Positions 51,550 through 64,000 of a DNA stretch of 64,000 bases are shown piece by piece. The notes under the pieces are model-generated. The model made no database searches. It worked only from the letters and a program-made list of their open reading frames with translations, and was not told the DNA's origin. Made by a program: the position numbers and the translations under genes. The DNA comes from Octopus sinensis (lineage: Eukaryota): positions 136,586,001-136,650,000 of the forward strand of contig NC_042997.1 of NCBI RefSeq assembly GCF_006345805.1, written 5' to 3'. The number at the start of each line of letters is the position of its first letter. The first letter of the stretch is position 1.

Positions 51550-52250
51550 ATAATCATCCTTTAATGTCTGTTTTACATGCTGGCATAGGTTGGACAGTTA
51601 TGGCAGGAGCTGGCAAGGCTGGGAGCCACACCAAGTTCTATCATGTGTTTTGGCATGGCTTCTACAGCTGGATGTCCTTCCTAATGCCAACCACTTTACA
51701 GAGTGTACTGGATGTTTTTCATGTGACACCAGCACCAACACTGTCACCTTGCAAGACAAAACCCCCTCAACTGGGAGGTAGTGTGGCTTTGTGTCAGTTG
51801 GGAAATTTAAGGTACAGAAGGGACTGATATTGATGTTTTGCAGTAGAGTATCCTTGTCTTGACATCACTTTGTCATTTAACACCTATTTTCATATTGGCA
51901 ATGGGTTGGATAGTTTGACAGGAACTGGCAAGCCAGAGAACTGCACCAGATTCTATTGTCTGCTTAGCATAGTTTCTACAGCTGGATGCCTTTCCTAATG
52001 CCAACTACTTCACAGACAGTGCTTTCTACGTGCCACCAGCACTGACGCTTTGATGATGTATATGAGCTTCACTTCCGTACAAAGTGAGATTGTTTGTTTC
52101 CTGTCTTCCATGGAAAATATGTCTATAAGAAAATATCCCCTTGCTTGAAAATAGGTGAGGGTTGGTAACAGGAAGGGTATCTGACTGTAAAACAATCTGC
52201 CTCAAAAACATTTTGTCTGACCAATGGAAAAGTGGACATTAAATAATGGT
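51550..52250. mobile_element. Cluster of family 3 element fragments (two minus, one plus)
   Basis: TTTCTACAGCTGGATG.CCTTCCTAATGCCAAC at ~51660 and ~51975. Confidence 0.75.
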
Positions 52251-52876
52251 AATGAGGGTGATATTCATGTAATTCTCAGAAAAATTTAAGCATTAGTTTC
52301 TTACACTATTTGCATAGAAAGCTATAGAACTGAAACTTACCCCTTCATTTAACTTAATAAACCATTTCAGGCTTTGTAAACCAAGAAAAGCTGAAAATAC
52401 ATTAAAAAAATATATAAAAAATGAGCAAGGTGTGCAAAGTATGCTGAAAACTTAACTAAGAATTTATGAAAAAGAGATATCATGAATTATTTTATGCTTG
52501 TCTATTGTCACCAACTGGAGAATTTTATCAAAGCTTAAAGTCTAAAAAGAACATTTTTCTCTGTGACCCTCACCAACTACAGCCTTAAGCTTATGCCTAT
52601 GATACTTCTCATAAACAAGACAGACTGTGAAAAATCAGCTGAAATTTACTTCAAGATTATCAACAGAAGGGTTGCTGAGGATATGCACTGTGTTTATGAC
52701 CAAGACACTTGACTCTCACCAGCTCAGTAATCCAAGCTGTATACAGATTAGTACCTGTTATCTCTGTAATCATTAATCATTTATACAGGATTCATATATA
52801 GGTTATGGTTACGTGTTTTCTAACTTTTTTCTTTCATTAATTATTCTTGTATAGATTCCACAAAGAGATTTCTTAC

Positions 52877-52955
52877 CAGTTTTTTCTAGAATCTCCTCTC
52901 GCTGTAGGCACTGTGTTAGAGCACTGGAAACAGCTATCAGCAAGTCATCATGCAT
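52877..52955 (-). CDS. Host gene exon (79 nt, phase 0 to 1): MHDDLLIAVSSALTQCLQREEILEKT; same gene as the DESI1-like exon
   Basis: Acceptor atttcag, donor G|gtaaga; phase matches the preceding exon. Confidence 0.75.
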
Positions 52956-53109
52956 CTGAAATGCAGAAATTGGAATAGATTAAATACGATAAAAGGAGCA
53001 AACAAAACCAGCATAAAAGATTCAGAATTTGTATGCTGTCATGAGCATGGTTATCTGTAGGCAAGTAGATACTGTACATGAATATCAACTTAAGAAAGGC
53101 CAAGCCAAT

Positions 53110-53935
53110 GGTAGGAAATGACTTGCTGCCTGACACCTAACATGGTTTCCGACCAGGAAGAAGCTGCCTGACTCAGCTCTTACAACATTATGATTGGGTG
53201 CTGAAACAGCTGCTCAACCACTCACAAGTGGAAATGATATATCTTGACTTTGCAAAGGCTTTTGATAAAGTTAATCATGGAATGATATGTCACAAACTGC
53301 GTGATCTCGGCATAGTTGGAAAATTGGGAGAATGGCTTCATGACTTTCTGAAGGATAGAAGTCAGGTGGCAGTAGCCAATAGGGCCACCTCCAATGACAC
53401 ACAAATAGAGAGTGGTGTTCCACAAGGCACTGTTTTGGGACAACTACTGTTCATAATGGCCCTCTCAGACATGCCCTCAGCCACACAGAGAGCCATGATC
53501 ACAAGTTATGCAGATGATACAAAAATCTCACAAGTAATACAGAACCCTGAAGACACTATGCACCTGCAATGTGAGCTGAATGAAATATATAAGTGGGCTG
53601 AAGAGAATAGCATGCAGTTTAACACTGAAAAGTTTCAAGCCTTTTGCTATCAGCATACAAAACTAAATGCAATACCCATTAAATACACTGGCCCTGAGGG
53701 ATTGCAATCCCAGAGGCACAATCAGTACGAGACCTGGGCATTTACATGACTAATGATGCATCCTTCTATGTGCATGTTGCTAAGTTAGAAATGAAATGCA
53801 GGCAGCTGACCAAAAGGATTCTTAGAACTTTTGGAACAAGAGATCAGGAAACCATGATGGTCCTCTGGAGGACACTTATCCTAAGCCACTTTGACTATTG
53901 CTTTCAGCTATGGTCACCAACCAGTGTCAAATTAA
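53110..53935 (+). mobile_element. CR1-clade LINE RT fragment (intronic, antisense to the host gene)
   Basis: HGFRPGRSCLTQLL, IYLDFAKAFDKVNH, SGVPQGTVLG.LLF, YADDTK and MQFN.EK. Confidence 0.92.
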
Positions 53936-55529
53936 TCTCAGTCAGAAGTGGAACTAAACAAAAATAATTTGTTGGCCATAAATGTTAATTTTGAAATAAA
54001 AAGAAGGTAACATAAAAACAGGAACTAGCCACTAGTCACCAAGTAAGAGTTGTGCTTTACCGGTATCTGATGAATATTGTAAACTGCAGCAGCAGCCACA
54101 TCATTAATGTCACTTTGCTCCAACAAAAGGCTATTCACAACTGCCTCACCAGTTAGTGCAAGATAGGAAAAGGTTGTACTACTCCCACTGGAACTGCTAA
54201 GAGGTACTTTTTCAGAATCCAGTCGATGATCAACAGTAGATGTTAAAAAGTGTAGGCCAGCTTCAGAAGAAGATAAATTGGTGATCTAAATGAATAAAAA
54301 AAAAAGAAGAAGATGAACACATAGAATAAAAACACCTTTAATTGTAGAATGCCAAAAAAACCTTTAATTAAATAAACTGTGGATCTAGAAAAATGAAATA
54401 TAAAATAGACAATACAGCAGGATTTAAACTCAGAATAAGGGTTTGGGGAAATCAGACCTAGACTAAGGTATTTAAACTAGCATGCTAGCAAGTCTGCTAT
54501 GTGACAATTAACTACAATAATGAACCAGTAAAGGATAAGTTTTTATGTTGCAACTTAAAATTATCAATACAGTGTAATGTTGCCTTGTTGTCTTTAAAGT
54601 TTGCAGAACAGAATTTCTACAATAAAGACAGAATGACTATAGCAAAAAATTTGATCATATGAAGTTCAGATCAAACTAACAAATCAGAAACCAGACATGT
54701 TGAAAGTGAAATCCATGTAGGTTACTCTGAGTTATTCAATTAAACATATTTGTGTTATAAGTCTTCAACAAAACTAACAACAACAATGCAACCTGGGCTG
54801 GCTGAATGTAGTTCAACAACTTTCAGTTTTAAGTTTAATTTTTATATCTAAATTATCATTTTTAAACCATTCCAGATTTTTGTGCTATTCTGCAAATTCT
54901 TACCTCTGCCAATAAGATCTGAAAACTGACCAGTTTGGATTTGTTTTACTAGCACTAAGTCTAAAAAATATCAATTGTCACAGAGAAGTACTACACATAA
55001 AGTTACACTGACCTTTGGATAATATCATTTTAGAAATGTTTGCATATTATCAAATATGACATCCAATTGTGTAACTCTTGTCATACCAGCATTACATTGT
55101 TTTGAACTTAAGTTGTGAGTGAAAGGAGGAAACCATTCTCTCCATGCCAGATCATCATCAGAAAAAAAAACCCACAGTATATGATTGTGTTGCAGGGACA
55201 TGCAAAACTGCAGGCAAAGACCATCAAAAATGAATAATGCTAGCAGGGTATGTTAAGTAGGTGTACCTGGTTGCAGCTGGTTACAAACAATTTATTGGGC
55301 TAAGATACTTATACAGCATTCTGATAATGAAACTATTACCATATGAAAATGTTAGCAACAAAAATGAACTTTAATCTTTGATGCTATAAACAAATGACTT
55401 CACAAATAAGCCTTATTAACTACAACCTTGCAGATAAAATAACAACCTGAAAGACTTTGATGACATTATCTATAAAAAGAATAAATGAATAAGAATGACT
55501 AAACAACAGAGCCAAGATCAAGTACTTAC

Positions 55530-55720
55530 CAACTTAAGGATTGCTACCATAATTTCAAAAGGAAGAGTTCTAAATTCCAGTAATAGAGATGCTATCATAT
55601 GGTCTTCATCTTTCTGAAGTTCTTGGACAACATATCTCTTGGATGTGAGTTCCTGCAGTAAGGACACTGCACCACACTTGATAACGCTATTGGTAACACT
55701 CTTTCTGGTCACTAACGATG
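55530..55720 (-). CDS. Host gene exon (191 nt, phase 1 to 0): (A)SLVTRKSVTNSVIKCG...FEIMVAILKL
   Basis: Acceptor ttttattttcctttatattag, donor TTG|gtaagt; open frame throughout. Confidence 0.82.
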
Positions 55721-55936
55721 CTAATATAAAGGAAAATAAAAAATTTTAGAAAATAAGAATAATAATATCAATTAACAGGATATGCTAAATAAATCTTCTC
55801 TCTTTTACCTCTCAAATTTTGGGTGTCATAATCACAATCTAACACCCACTTTCTATGCTGACATAAATTGGGCAATTTATCAGTCCAAGTCAGTTCTTGT
55901 TCATTTACTGATCTCCTTGCCAGGTCAAAAGACTAC

Positions 55937-58900
55937 AGTTGTAATGATATGAAACTAAATGTAATTAGCTTCACATTGTTAAATACACTGCCATGGATAA
56001 AAAGTGGTCAGCTCAGTGGCTGGAAGAACGGCAGTCGAATAGACAACCACCCATTCTACATCATGATCTTGTAGTGCCTGCATGGCACAATATAGTGACA
56101 GTGGTAAAACAAGATAAATATATATATTGAATTGAAACTAATCGGATTACCAGCACATTATTATCATTAAACATTGCTCAACACTACCAATGTAACAGTA
56201 TCATCACTGGACACGACGTGGCACAAAACAAAAGAACAAGAAGAAAATGGATACACAGTGACAAACTGCAGGAATACACATGTTTAGCTGGAGGTATTGT
56301 TACAAATTTAAATACAAGACTATTGTTATCATATTGGCTATACAGTGTGTGTTGTGCCACAGAAAATAACCAAATCATATGGTGTTGTATTGCACAAGAA
56401 AAACAACAACAATAATATGGCAACATCTCGCATTCCCGAAATACAGTGGCACACAGGCAATGCAACCGAAAACCTGCAAATATTCAAAGAAAAAATGTTC
56501 TATTGTGAAGATGAGGAAGTTACAGAACCAAGGAAAATAGCCTTAAAAATATTAAGAGGCATTAGAAATGAAGGACTCAAACGTTTGAGAGGCTGACAAG
56601 AAAAACTCAAACTGTTGGATATTATTCAAAGCACAAGTCAAGACAAACCTCAATTTCAGAGTACATCGCCTTAAACTGATGGTATGTAGACAGTAGCATG
56701 ATGAGGCAATTGACGACTTTGTTACAAGAGCCCGAACAATAGCAAAAAAATGTGAGTTTGAAGAAAAAGAGCTTAAACAATGGATCATAGAATTATTGAT
56801 TGCTTCAACTCCCATGAAGCCTTCCAAAAAGGAGCTGCTTGGAAAGGAGAAAGGCTACAAACTTGAAGATGCCCTAGCAGAGGGTAGAAAATTTGAGGCT
56901 ATTCTTGCAGGAAGAAGTCAGATACAACTTGCAAGTGCAGAATCAAGCTATGCAGATGCTGTCAAGCACTCATGTAGAAATTGTGGACAAATGCACCCAC
57001 CAAGAAAGTGCCCTGCACACAATGATTCCTGAAACTTCTGCAACAAAAAGGGACAATGGGGAAAATTCTGCTGTCAACAGAACAAACAAGATAAAACAAG
57101 ACAGAAAAATGGCGATGGAAAAAGAGCACACAGAAAATTCCATGATATAGAATCAAGCAACAAGGCTCATATTGACTCAGAGGAAGAGAACTGTGATCCC
57201 TACCACTGCATACAAATTTCAAGCATGCAAAACGAAGCATTTGCAACACTGGATATCATATGTCCACAGAAAGAAAAGGTTCGACAAATAAAATTAAAGA
57301 TTGATATGGGAGCAGCAGGTAACACATTATCAATGCAGACATATTACCAGATGTACAAATCAACCATTTCAGAGAAATCAAACCTCAGGTCCTTTGACCC
57401 AAAGAAACCAACAGAACTAGAGGTAGACAGCTCATTGAAAGGGCTCGGAGCAGCTATCATACAAGATGGCAAACCTGTGGCATTTGCATCGAAAGCCCTT
57501 GACAAAACTCAGTCAAACTACCCAAACATCAATCATGAAATGCTGGCTGTGGTATTCAGAATCACCCGTTTGAAATCATCACAGACCACAAACCTCTAGA
57601 GTGATCGCACAAAAACCCCTTCTTCAAGCACCACCCTGACTACAAAGGATGCTCCAATAAATTCAGGGTTATGATTTCAAAATCAAATACCACCCTGAGC
57701 ATACCATGACATTGGCTGGCACCCTCTTTTGCCTCCCAAGCCATGAAGACAATGACCTTGACTTGAGAGTGGGTGGGATCGAATTGACTGCAGGAGAAAT
57801 CCACCAATCTGAATTTGACCTTGTCAATTTTTCCATCAACAAATGTTATCAACTACATGAGTTCACCAGCAGGGATTCTACTTTGGCTGCACTGATGGAA
57901 ACAATCACCTATGGGTAGCCAGACAACATCAAACAGGTCCCAGATGATATAAGGTTATACTGGTCTTTTCAAGATGAATTAGCTGTAGAAGATAGAATCA
58001 TCTTCAAAGGGACACAAGTGTTGATACCTCTTCCTCTACAACATAACATTCTAGTACAGCTCCATGCCTCTCATCAAGGGAAAGAAAAGACAAAACTTCA
58101 CGCTCGTGAAGGCGTCTATTGGACAAACATCAACAAAGACATTGAAGAAATGTGAAGATCCTATCAAATATGCCAAGAATTCACAACTACCAACAACAAA
58201 GAACCACTGATACCTCATGACATTCCCAGTTCACTATGGAAAAAACTAGGAACAGATCTATTTGAAATCAACAGCAAATCTTATCTGCTCATTTGTGACT
58301 ACTACTTCAAATTTCCGATTGTGACTCACCTAAGCCAAACCACAAGCAAAGCAGTCACAGAGGAATTCAAAAAGATTGAGTCTTTCTTCGGCAGACCTGA
58401 TGAAATTTTCGCGGCAATGGTCTCCAATATACCAGGCAACCATTTCAGAAATTCACACAGGAATGGGGAATTCAACACACATATAATCACCAAGGTACCC
58501 CCAATCAAATGGATTCATAGAGACAAGTACAGACAATTAAAAAGACCATCAAAAATGTGAACGAAGCAAAGAAGACATAAACAATGAATTGTTGAATCTA
58601 AGAGTCACACTGTTAAACTCAAAAATACTGTCACTCGTTGAGATCCTATTGGGCAGACCGATCACAACACTTGTGCCATCATGCTGGAGCTACTCTCATG
58701 AAACTCAAAGACAGAAAACTTCTTGAAGAAAAGAAAATATAAATGAAAACTGTATATGACCAGCATGCAAAGAGGGAATTGCCTCTGTTGCACAAAGGAC
58801 AAGCTGTACGATTCCTTGACAAAAACAACAAACATTGGATACCTGGAGAAATAGCAAGACAATGTAAAGAACCAAGGTCTTACATTGTGAAAGCTACATA

Positions 58901-59531
58901 TGGAGATATAGAGAAACAGAATGGAACTGTGAGATATTGGCATAGGTATAGACAGACAGTATGAACAGACCACTTAGATGGAAAGGCCTGCCAGATTGCT
59001 CTAAAATATAGAGAGAGACAACCATCCAACAGACCCTACAAACTCCAGGAAATGGGTTACAAACCCTGCAAACCCCATGGAACATGTTACTCAACTTGAC
59101 TCAAAAAAAGAAATCAAATATTCCTCCTGATAATGCAGAAACAAAATAATGGTGAGACACATGAGGAGTGCTCAATCCCAACCCCCAAAAGAATCACAAA
59201 ATCAGGAAGAACAGTGAAAATACCGGAGTGCTACAAAAACTTTGTACTACAGAACTATTTGTGTTATTTGAAGTGCATGTTGCGTATTGCTCTTGCAACA
59301 AAACAGTATTTTTGTTTCCTTTCTTTGAGGGAGAAGAAACCCTATTTTCATTTGTCAGTTTTATTACTCTGTGAATTGCTTAAAGAAAAGAGGGATGTTG
59401 TAATGATACAAGGCTAAATGTACTTAGTTTAACTTAGTTAAATACACTGTTGCGGTGGCTGGGAGAACGGCAGTTGAATAGACAACCAACCACTCTGCAT
59501 CGCGTTATTGTAGTACCTGCATGGTACAATA
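55937..59531 (+). mobile_element. Decayed Ty3/Gypsy LTR retrotransposon lacking RT (intronic, antisense)
   Basis: Diverged LTRs ~55937-56092 and 59396-59531; PBS-like TAGTGACAGTGG; PPT AAGAAAAGAGGGA; gag with CRNCGQMH..KC; protease KIDMGAAGN; RNase H FDP..ELEVDSSLKGLGA..PVAFASKAL; integrase HASHQG and WKKLGTDLF. Confidence 0.92.
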
Positions 59532-59951
59532 TACACTTCACATGAACATTTCAATCTTGACTTGGTTTCTATGCACTTTGCATAGTGTTTTGGATGCATT
59601 TTATCATGGTCCCAACATCAGAGAAGTTGTCATCTCCTCAATAAGACTAAAGAATATTCTTGACTCTATTGTGTCTTCACTCATTTGCCAACTTCTTTGC
59701 ATAGTGTATTAGGTTGCAAAGTGAGCTTCTTAATCACATAGCAATAACAAGGTTGAAATAAAGGGGAAAAGAATGGTGAATGTGAAAGAAATATAATACA
59801 TGGAGTGAGAGGGTTTAGATTTTTAAGAAATGGGAATGGAGTTCAAATGTAAGTAAAATAAATGGAAAATGGTGTAAACACTGAAAACTAAGTGAAATGT
59901 AAAGACTGTGTTACAACTTTGAAGATCAAACATTTTCATAAAATTAATTAC

Positions 59952-60081
59952 CTAACATTTTCAAATGTGCTTTGCCGATGTTATGACTTGAAGAACTGGA
60001 TAAACACTTGTAAATATCTTCTAGAAGTTTCTTTTCAGTTTCATTAAGTGTTGTGGAAAATGTTTGGCTGTCTGGAAAGGA
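59952..60081 (-). CDS. Host gene exon (130 nt, phase 0 to 1): SFPDSQTF...KAHLKML
   Basis: Acceptor ttttcttctatttttccag, donor TAG|gtaatt; phases fit both neighbours. Confidence 0.8.
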
Positions 60082-60377
60082 CTGGAAAAATAGAAGAAAA
60101 TTCCATTTATATAAGTTGCATTGGAGCAAATATTTTATGATCATATAAGCAACTTTCAACTATGGTACATGATACATGATATAGCTCTTTGTATTCAAAA
60201 GCAACATCTCTTAACTGTACTACAACAGTTTTTAAAGTGCAAAATCTATGACAAAGAATTTATACAGTGCAGGAAAACACTCAGCAAATTGAAAATATTT
60301 GTCCATGCAGTTAGTGTTATCCTCTTTGAGTAACCTAGCATAGTTTAACAGGCTTTATGCTTGTTTCTCCATGCTGG

Positions 60378-60790
60378 CATGACTTATCATCATCATCATT
60401 TAATATCCGTTTTCCAAGCTGGCACGGGTTGGAGGTCTTGACTGAGGTTTGGAGAGCCAGCAGCTGCACCAGGCTCCAATCTGATCTGGCAATGTTTCTA
60501 CAGTTGGATGCCCTTCTTAACGCTAACCACTCCGAGAGTGTAGTGGGTGCTTTTTTTACATGCCACCAGCACAGGAGCCAGTTAGGCAGACCTGGCATTG
60601 ATCAAGTTCAGACAGTGCTTTTTACATGCCACCAGCACGGGAGCCAGTCAGTGGGTACTGGCATCAGCCATGTTCGGATGGTGCTTTTTATTTGTCACCA
60701 GCATGGGAGCCAGTCAGGCAGTCCTGGCATCAACAATGTTCGGATGGTGCTTTTTACATGCTACCTCTACAACCAGATGCTCTTCCTATC
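60378..60790 (-). mobile_element. Family 3 element with three to four internal ~66-bp tandem units
   Basis: GTGCTTTTT..TGCCACCAGCA units at ~60547, 60615, 60681 and 60747; (CAT)n tail at ~60385. Confidence 0.85.
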
Positions 60791-60824
60791 ACCAACCCTT
60801 ACTTGTTTTTTTTTTTTTTTTTTT

Positions 60825-61040
60825 TGTACTTGTTTCAGTCATTTGACTGCGGCCATGCTGGAGCACCGCCTTTAGAGTGGTGAAAGAGTACAGCAGGGAT
60901 CACCACTCCTGCCGGAGCCTCGTGGAGCTTTTAGGTGTTTTTTTCGCTCAATAAACACACACAACGCCCGGTCTGGGAATCGAAACCGCGATCCTCCGAC
61001 CGCAAGTCCGCTGCCCTAACCACTAGGCCATTGCGCCTCC
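60825..61040 (-). mobile_element. SINE family 4: distinct tRNA-like head joined to the SINE1-type tail
   Basis: Head GGAGGCGCAATGGCCTAGTGGTTAGGGCAGCGGAC..GGTTTCGATTCCC; tail AAAGGCGGTGCTCCAGCATGGCCGCAGTCAAATGACTGAAACAAGTA. Confidence 0.85.
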
Positions 61041-62139
61041 ATATTCAAGTAAAATATTTTTTATTCTTTACTTCCAAACTCAACCTCATATCAGACTGAC
61101 AAAAGTACAAACTTTTGTTTATTGGAGAATGTAAACATTCAAAGTATCTTGCTCAGACAGCATTAATGAAAGCAAGCAAAATTAACATTCATAACACATT
61201 CACACAAGCTCTCTCTCTCTCTCTCTCTCATACACACACACACACACACACACACGTGAATGTGCACACAGACACATGCAAACATACACACATACATATA
61301 TATACACATGACTAGCTGCCTCAGTTTTCATCCCAATTCTACTCATGAAGCCCAAACTTATAGTAGAATAGAAGATATTGGGCCAAAGTGTCATGCAGTG
61401 GGATTAAATTCAAAGCTATATGATTATAAAGCAGATTTTGTAATCACACACCCATGCCTACACCTATTATAAATATATTTGAATAAAGCCACTCAGTGTT
61501 TCTAACTGTGGTCATCTTAAGATTAATATGGTGTATATTCTCCTCATTCAAGTGGATGCTTCCACACTCACTTGTCTTGTTACTAGCACCAACAACTTTC
61601 AACATGCTCATTTTGACAACTACAAATAGCAACCAAATTCCTCTCAAACCACAGCTTACCATCTTACAAAAAGGAAGATTATATTTAGATTTGACACAAT
61701 GTCTCAAAATATAATGGAATGATCATTGCTTTGATGATAGATATGCTTGACCAGAGCTGATCTGTGACTAAACAACTAAATAGCAATAATTCATAACAAC
61801 TTCAAAGCCCTTTCATTTCAATTGAGCCATGTGCCATCACAATGCTTCTGCAATGCATCTGCTTTGGACTCCACTCACATAGTCCATTCCTACATTATTG
61901 ATGTGGGAGACACAATCAGACAACATAGAGGAAATGACCAGAGACCGAGACCTTTGGAAGTATGCTGTGCGTGGGAAGACCCGGCAGGACAAGTGAGACC
62001 ATAACCCGTGGCCTCTACCTGGGATGTAGCCAGCCCACTTATGCATACCTTTCCTTCTTGTGACACAAACCCTACTTGTGAAGACCTGTTGAGGCAAGTG
62101 AAAATCGAAATCTTTCAACATCAATGGAAATTGTAGCTG

Positions 62140-62466
62140 AGATACCAGTGCTGGTGGCACCTAAGAGATCCATCCGAACGTGGCCGTTGCCAGCGCCGCC
62201 CCAACTAGCCTCCGTGCTGGTGGCACGTAAAAAGCACCATCCGATCGTGGCCATTTGCCAGCCTCGTCTGGCACCTGTGAAGGTGGCACATAAAAAGCAC
62301 CCACTACACTCTCGGAGTGGTTGGCGTTAGGAAGGGCATCCAGCTGTAGAAACTCTGCCAGATCAGACTGGGCCTGGCGCAGCCTTCTGGCTTCCCAGGC
62401 CCCAGTTGAACCGTCCAACCCATGCTAGCATGGAAAACGGACGTTAAACGATGATGATGATGATGA
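62140..62466 (+). mobile_element. Family 3 element with internal tandem units and an (ATG)n tail
   Basis: GGTGGCAC.TAA.AAGCACC units at ~62153, 62219 and 62282. Confidence 0.85.
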
Positions 62467-62772
62467 TAATAGAGGGTACATTGGAATTGTGCTAAAGGCT
62501 CAGGTGAGGCTGAATAGGTAATTTCAAAAATGATTACAAGAACATTTAAAATTAATCTACAATACTATAGACATCAGTCTAGAAATACTACATCCAGAAC
62601 TCATATAAAACAGCTAAAATATAAACCAAAAGACAGTTCTGCTTCTTTATACCACTAATGATGAAGTTTGGAACTTTAAAATAATGTACAAAGCTGTGCA
62701 AATAAAACAAAAATAGTTCAGAATGTTACATATTTTTAATCATCAACATAATGAGTTTGATCACATACTTAC

Positions 62773-62977
62773 TTCAGAAGTGGGATATGTCACAGGAGAG
62801 AATGTAGCTGAATTTGAGTTAGTATTTTTAGGAGTAGAGTTCCATGTAAGTGAATTATTCTGTAACTGAGGAGAAGGTGATGATGAGGAGGAGGATGAAG
62901 AACTAAACAAAGTTTTGCCACCACTTGGTTGAACAGCAATACTGTTTGACATGGTTTTCATCATACTGCCAAGGGGC
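62773..62977 (-). CDS. DESI1: Host gene exon (205 nt, phase 2 to 0); start resembles the C-terminal end of desumoylating isopeptidase 1 (PPPDE family), followed by a Ser-rich linker
   Basis: Acceptor tttttttaaag, donor GAA|gtaagt. (T)PLGSMMKTMSNSIAVQPSGG resembles my recollection of vertebrate DESI1 [21 protein letters not shown]. Identity rests on this short match only. Confidence 0.6.
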
Positions 62978-64000
62978 CTTTAAAAAAATATTTAATAAAA
63001 TTAGCATATAACATTTAATAATCATACTAGTTTTATTTAAATATTAATATTTAAAAATAATGGAAACAATGAAAATTTTACAGAAGCATTTTTAAAACAT
63101 CATAATATTGGAATACACAAGCATCCTGTCCAGTCAACACCTAGACATGGTGCTTGGAAAATAAGCCAAAAGCTTGAATAAACCTATCAACCAGTTGGTA
63201 ACTTCTGAAAAGTTACAACTTTCCCAGTTCTTGTGCCTTCAGATACATTGTTGTATGAATGTGCACTATATTCAATTCTACATACTTGAAGCCGCCATAT
63301 TTTCACTTAACCTGCTAAAAATAGGAACTAAATCTCCTTCAAATTACCCCTTTTAAAAAGAATGGGAGAATGCTCTGGATAAGGTAGTTCTATATACATC
63401 TGCAAAAAAGAATAGGATGATCACAGCTGGAATATTTGATTACAACAGCAGTCAAATTTCATTCAAGTTGCACACTACCCCTTGAAAATGGACATATTGA
63501 ACAATATAGTTCTGGATACACTGTGTCTGAAGAGATGGGACAGGATCATCAAGGTTGGGATGCCTTTGATCATAAAACTGCTCAGTCAGAGCTAATTTGG
63601 GGACAGACAACACCAAACAAATCCATTTTGCTTAAATAGAGGTGATTCTCCTTCCAAATAGTATCACTTGGATATTTCATGGAATAAATGGTAAAAACAA
63701 TTTTCTGTATATTAGACAGTTTTAATCAAGGAGTGAATATCTATTCTGATGAATTTATATATAGACAAGTAAGTTGCTTTTCTGTCTGATTGCTTGATAA
63801 TTCAATACAGAACCAAATTAGGTACATAAAACAGATTGAAGTGAAGTACTGGACAGAAAATCTACAATATCAAGAACACCAAGTAAAACAACCAAATGCA
63901 ATTAGCTTGGTTTTGTTTTTTCTGTAACTTGGAATGAATGTTAATGCACACATGCAAGCATATGTTCATTCAGTTCTTAGTGTAAGTGAGTCTTAAATTG

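Noticed and set aside
60547-60780. CRISPR-like repeat/spacer look of the ~65-bp units (also at 62150 and 48120)
   Set aside because: The intervening parts are homologous to each other rather than unique spacers, there are no cas genes, and the context is a eukaryotic retroposon.
60966-61040. tRNA gene on the minus strand
   Set aside because: A/B boxes are present but the acceptor stem does not pair, and the sequence runs into a SINE body and tail.
63348-63399. 52-nt minus-strand candidate exon with good splice signals (ttttgcag / gtaatt)
   Set aside because: Its only open frame is phase 0 to 1, incompatible with the phase-2 start of the 62977 exon; read in the needed phase it has a stop. 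A poison exon cannot be excluded without RNA data.
63436-63639. 67-aa plus-strand ORF
   Set aside because: Short, non-ATG start, no recognisable motif, and intronic and antisense to the host gene.

Overview
AT-rich, repeat-dominated eukaryotic DNA. The SINE and microsatellite landscape looks like a coleoid cephalopod, probably Octopus (inference). The only host gene I can support is on the minus strand at ~52.9-63 kb. It has four GT-AG exons with mutually consistent phases. The first resembles the C-terminal end of the deSUMOylase DESI1/PPPDE2 and is followed by an unexpected helical (PUL/ARM-like?) extension; the 5' exons lie beyond the window. Everything else is decayed mobile DNA: seven R4/Dong-type or related RLE LINE pieces (all + strand), Tx1/L1-type, RTE, CR1 and Penelope-like remnants, two mariner elements, an RT-less Gypsy element, hAT- and mariner-type MITEs, at least four SINE families and many microsatellites. 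Almost all ORFs in the track are microsatellite or TE read-through. The most interesting observations are: (1) a shared 3' tail linking a Tx1-type LINE, a SINE and two ORF1-only elements; (2) a palindromic hAT MITE dimer that moved as one unit (8-bp TSD); (3) a mariner whose first catalytic Asp is replaced by an inverted copy of its own 3' coding region; (4) a minimal hammerhead ribozyme; (5) a chain of elements nested in (TAA)n; and (6) the extended DESI1-like protein. None is proven novel without database searches. TE boundaries are approximate unless a TSD or TIR is given.
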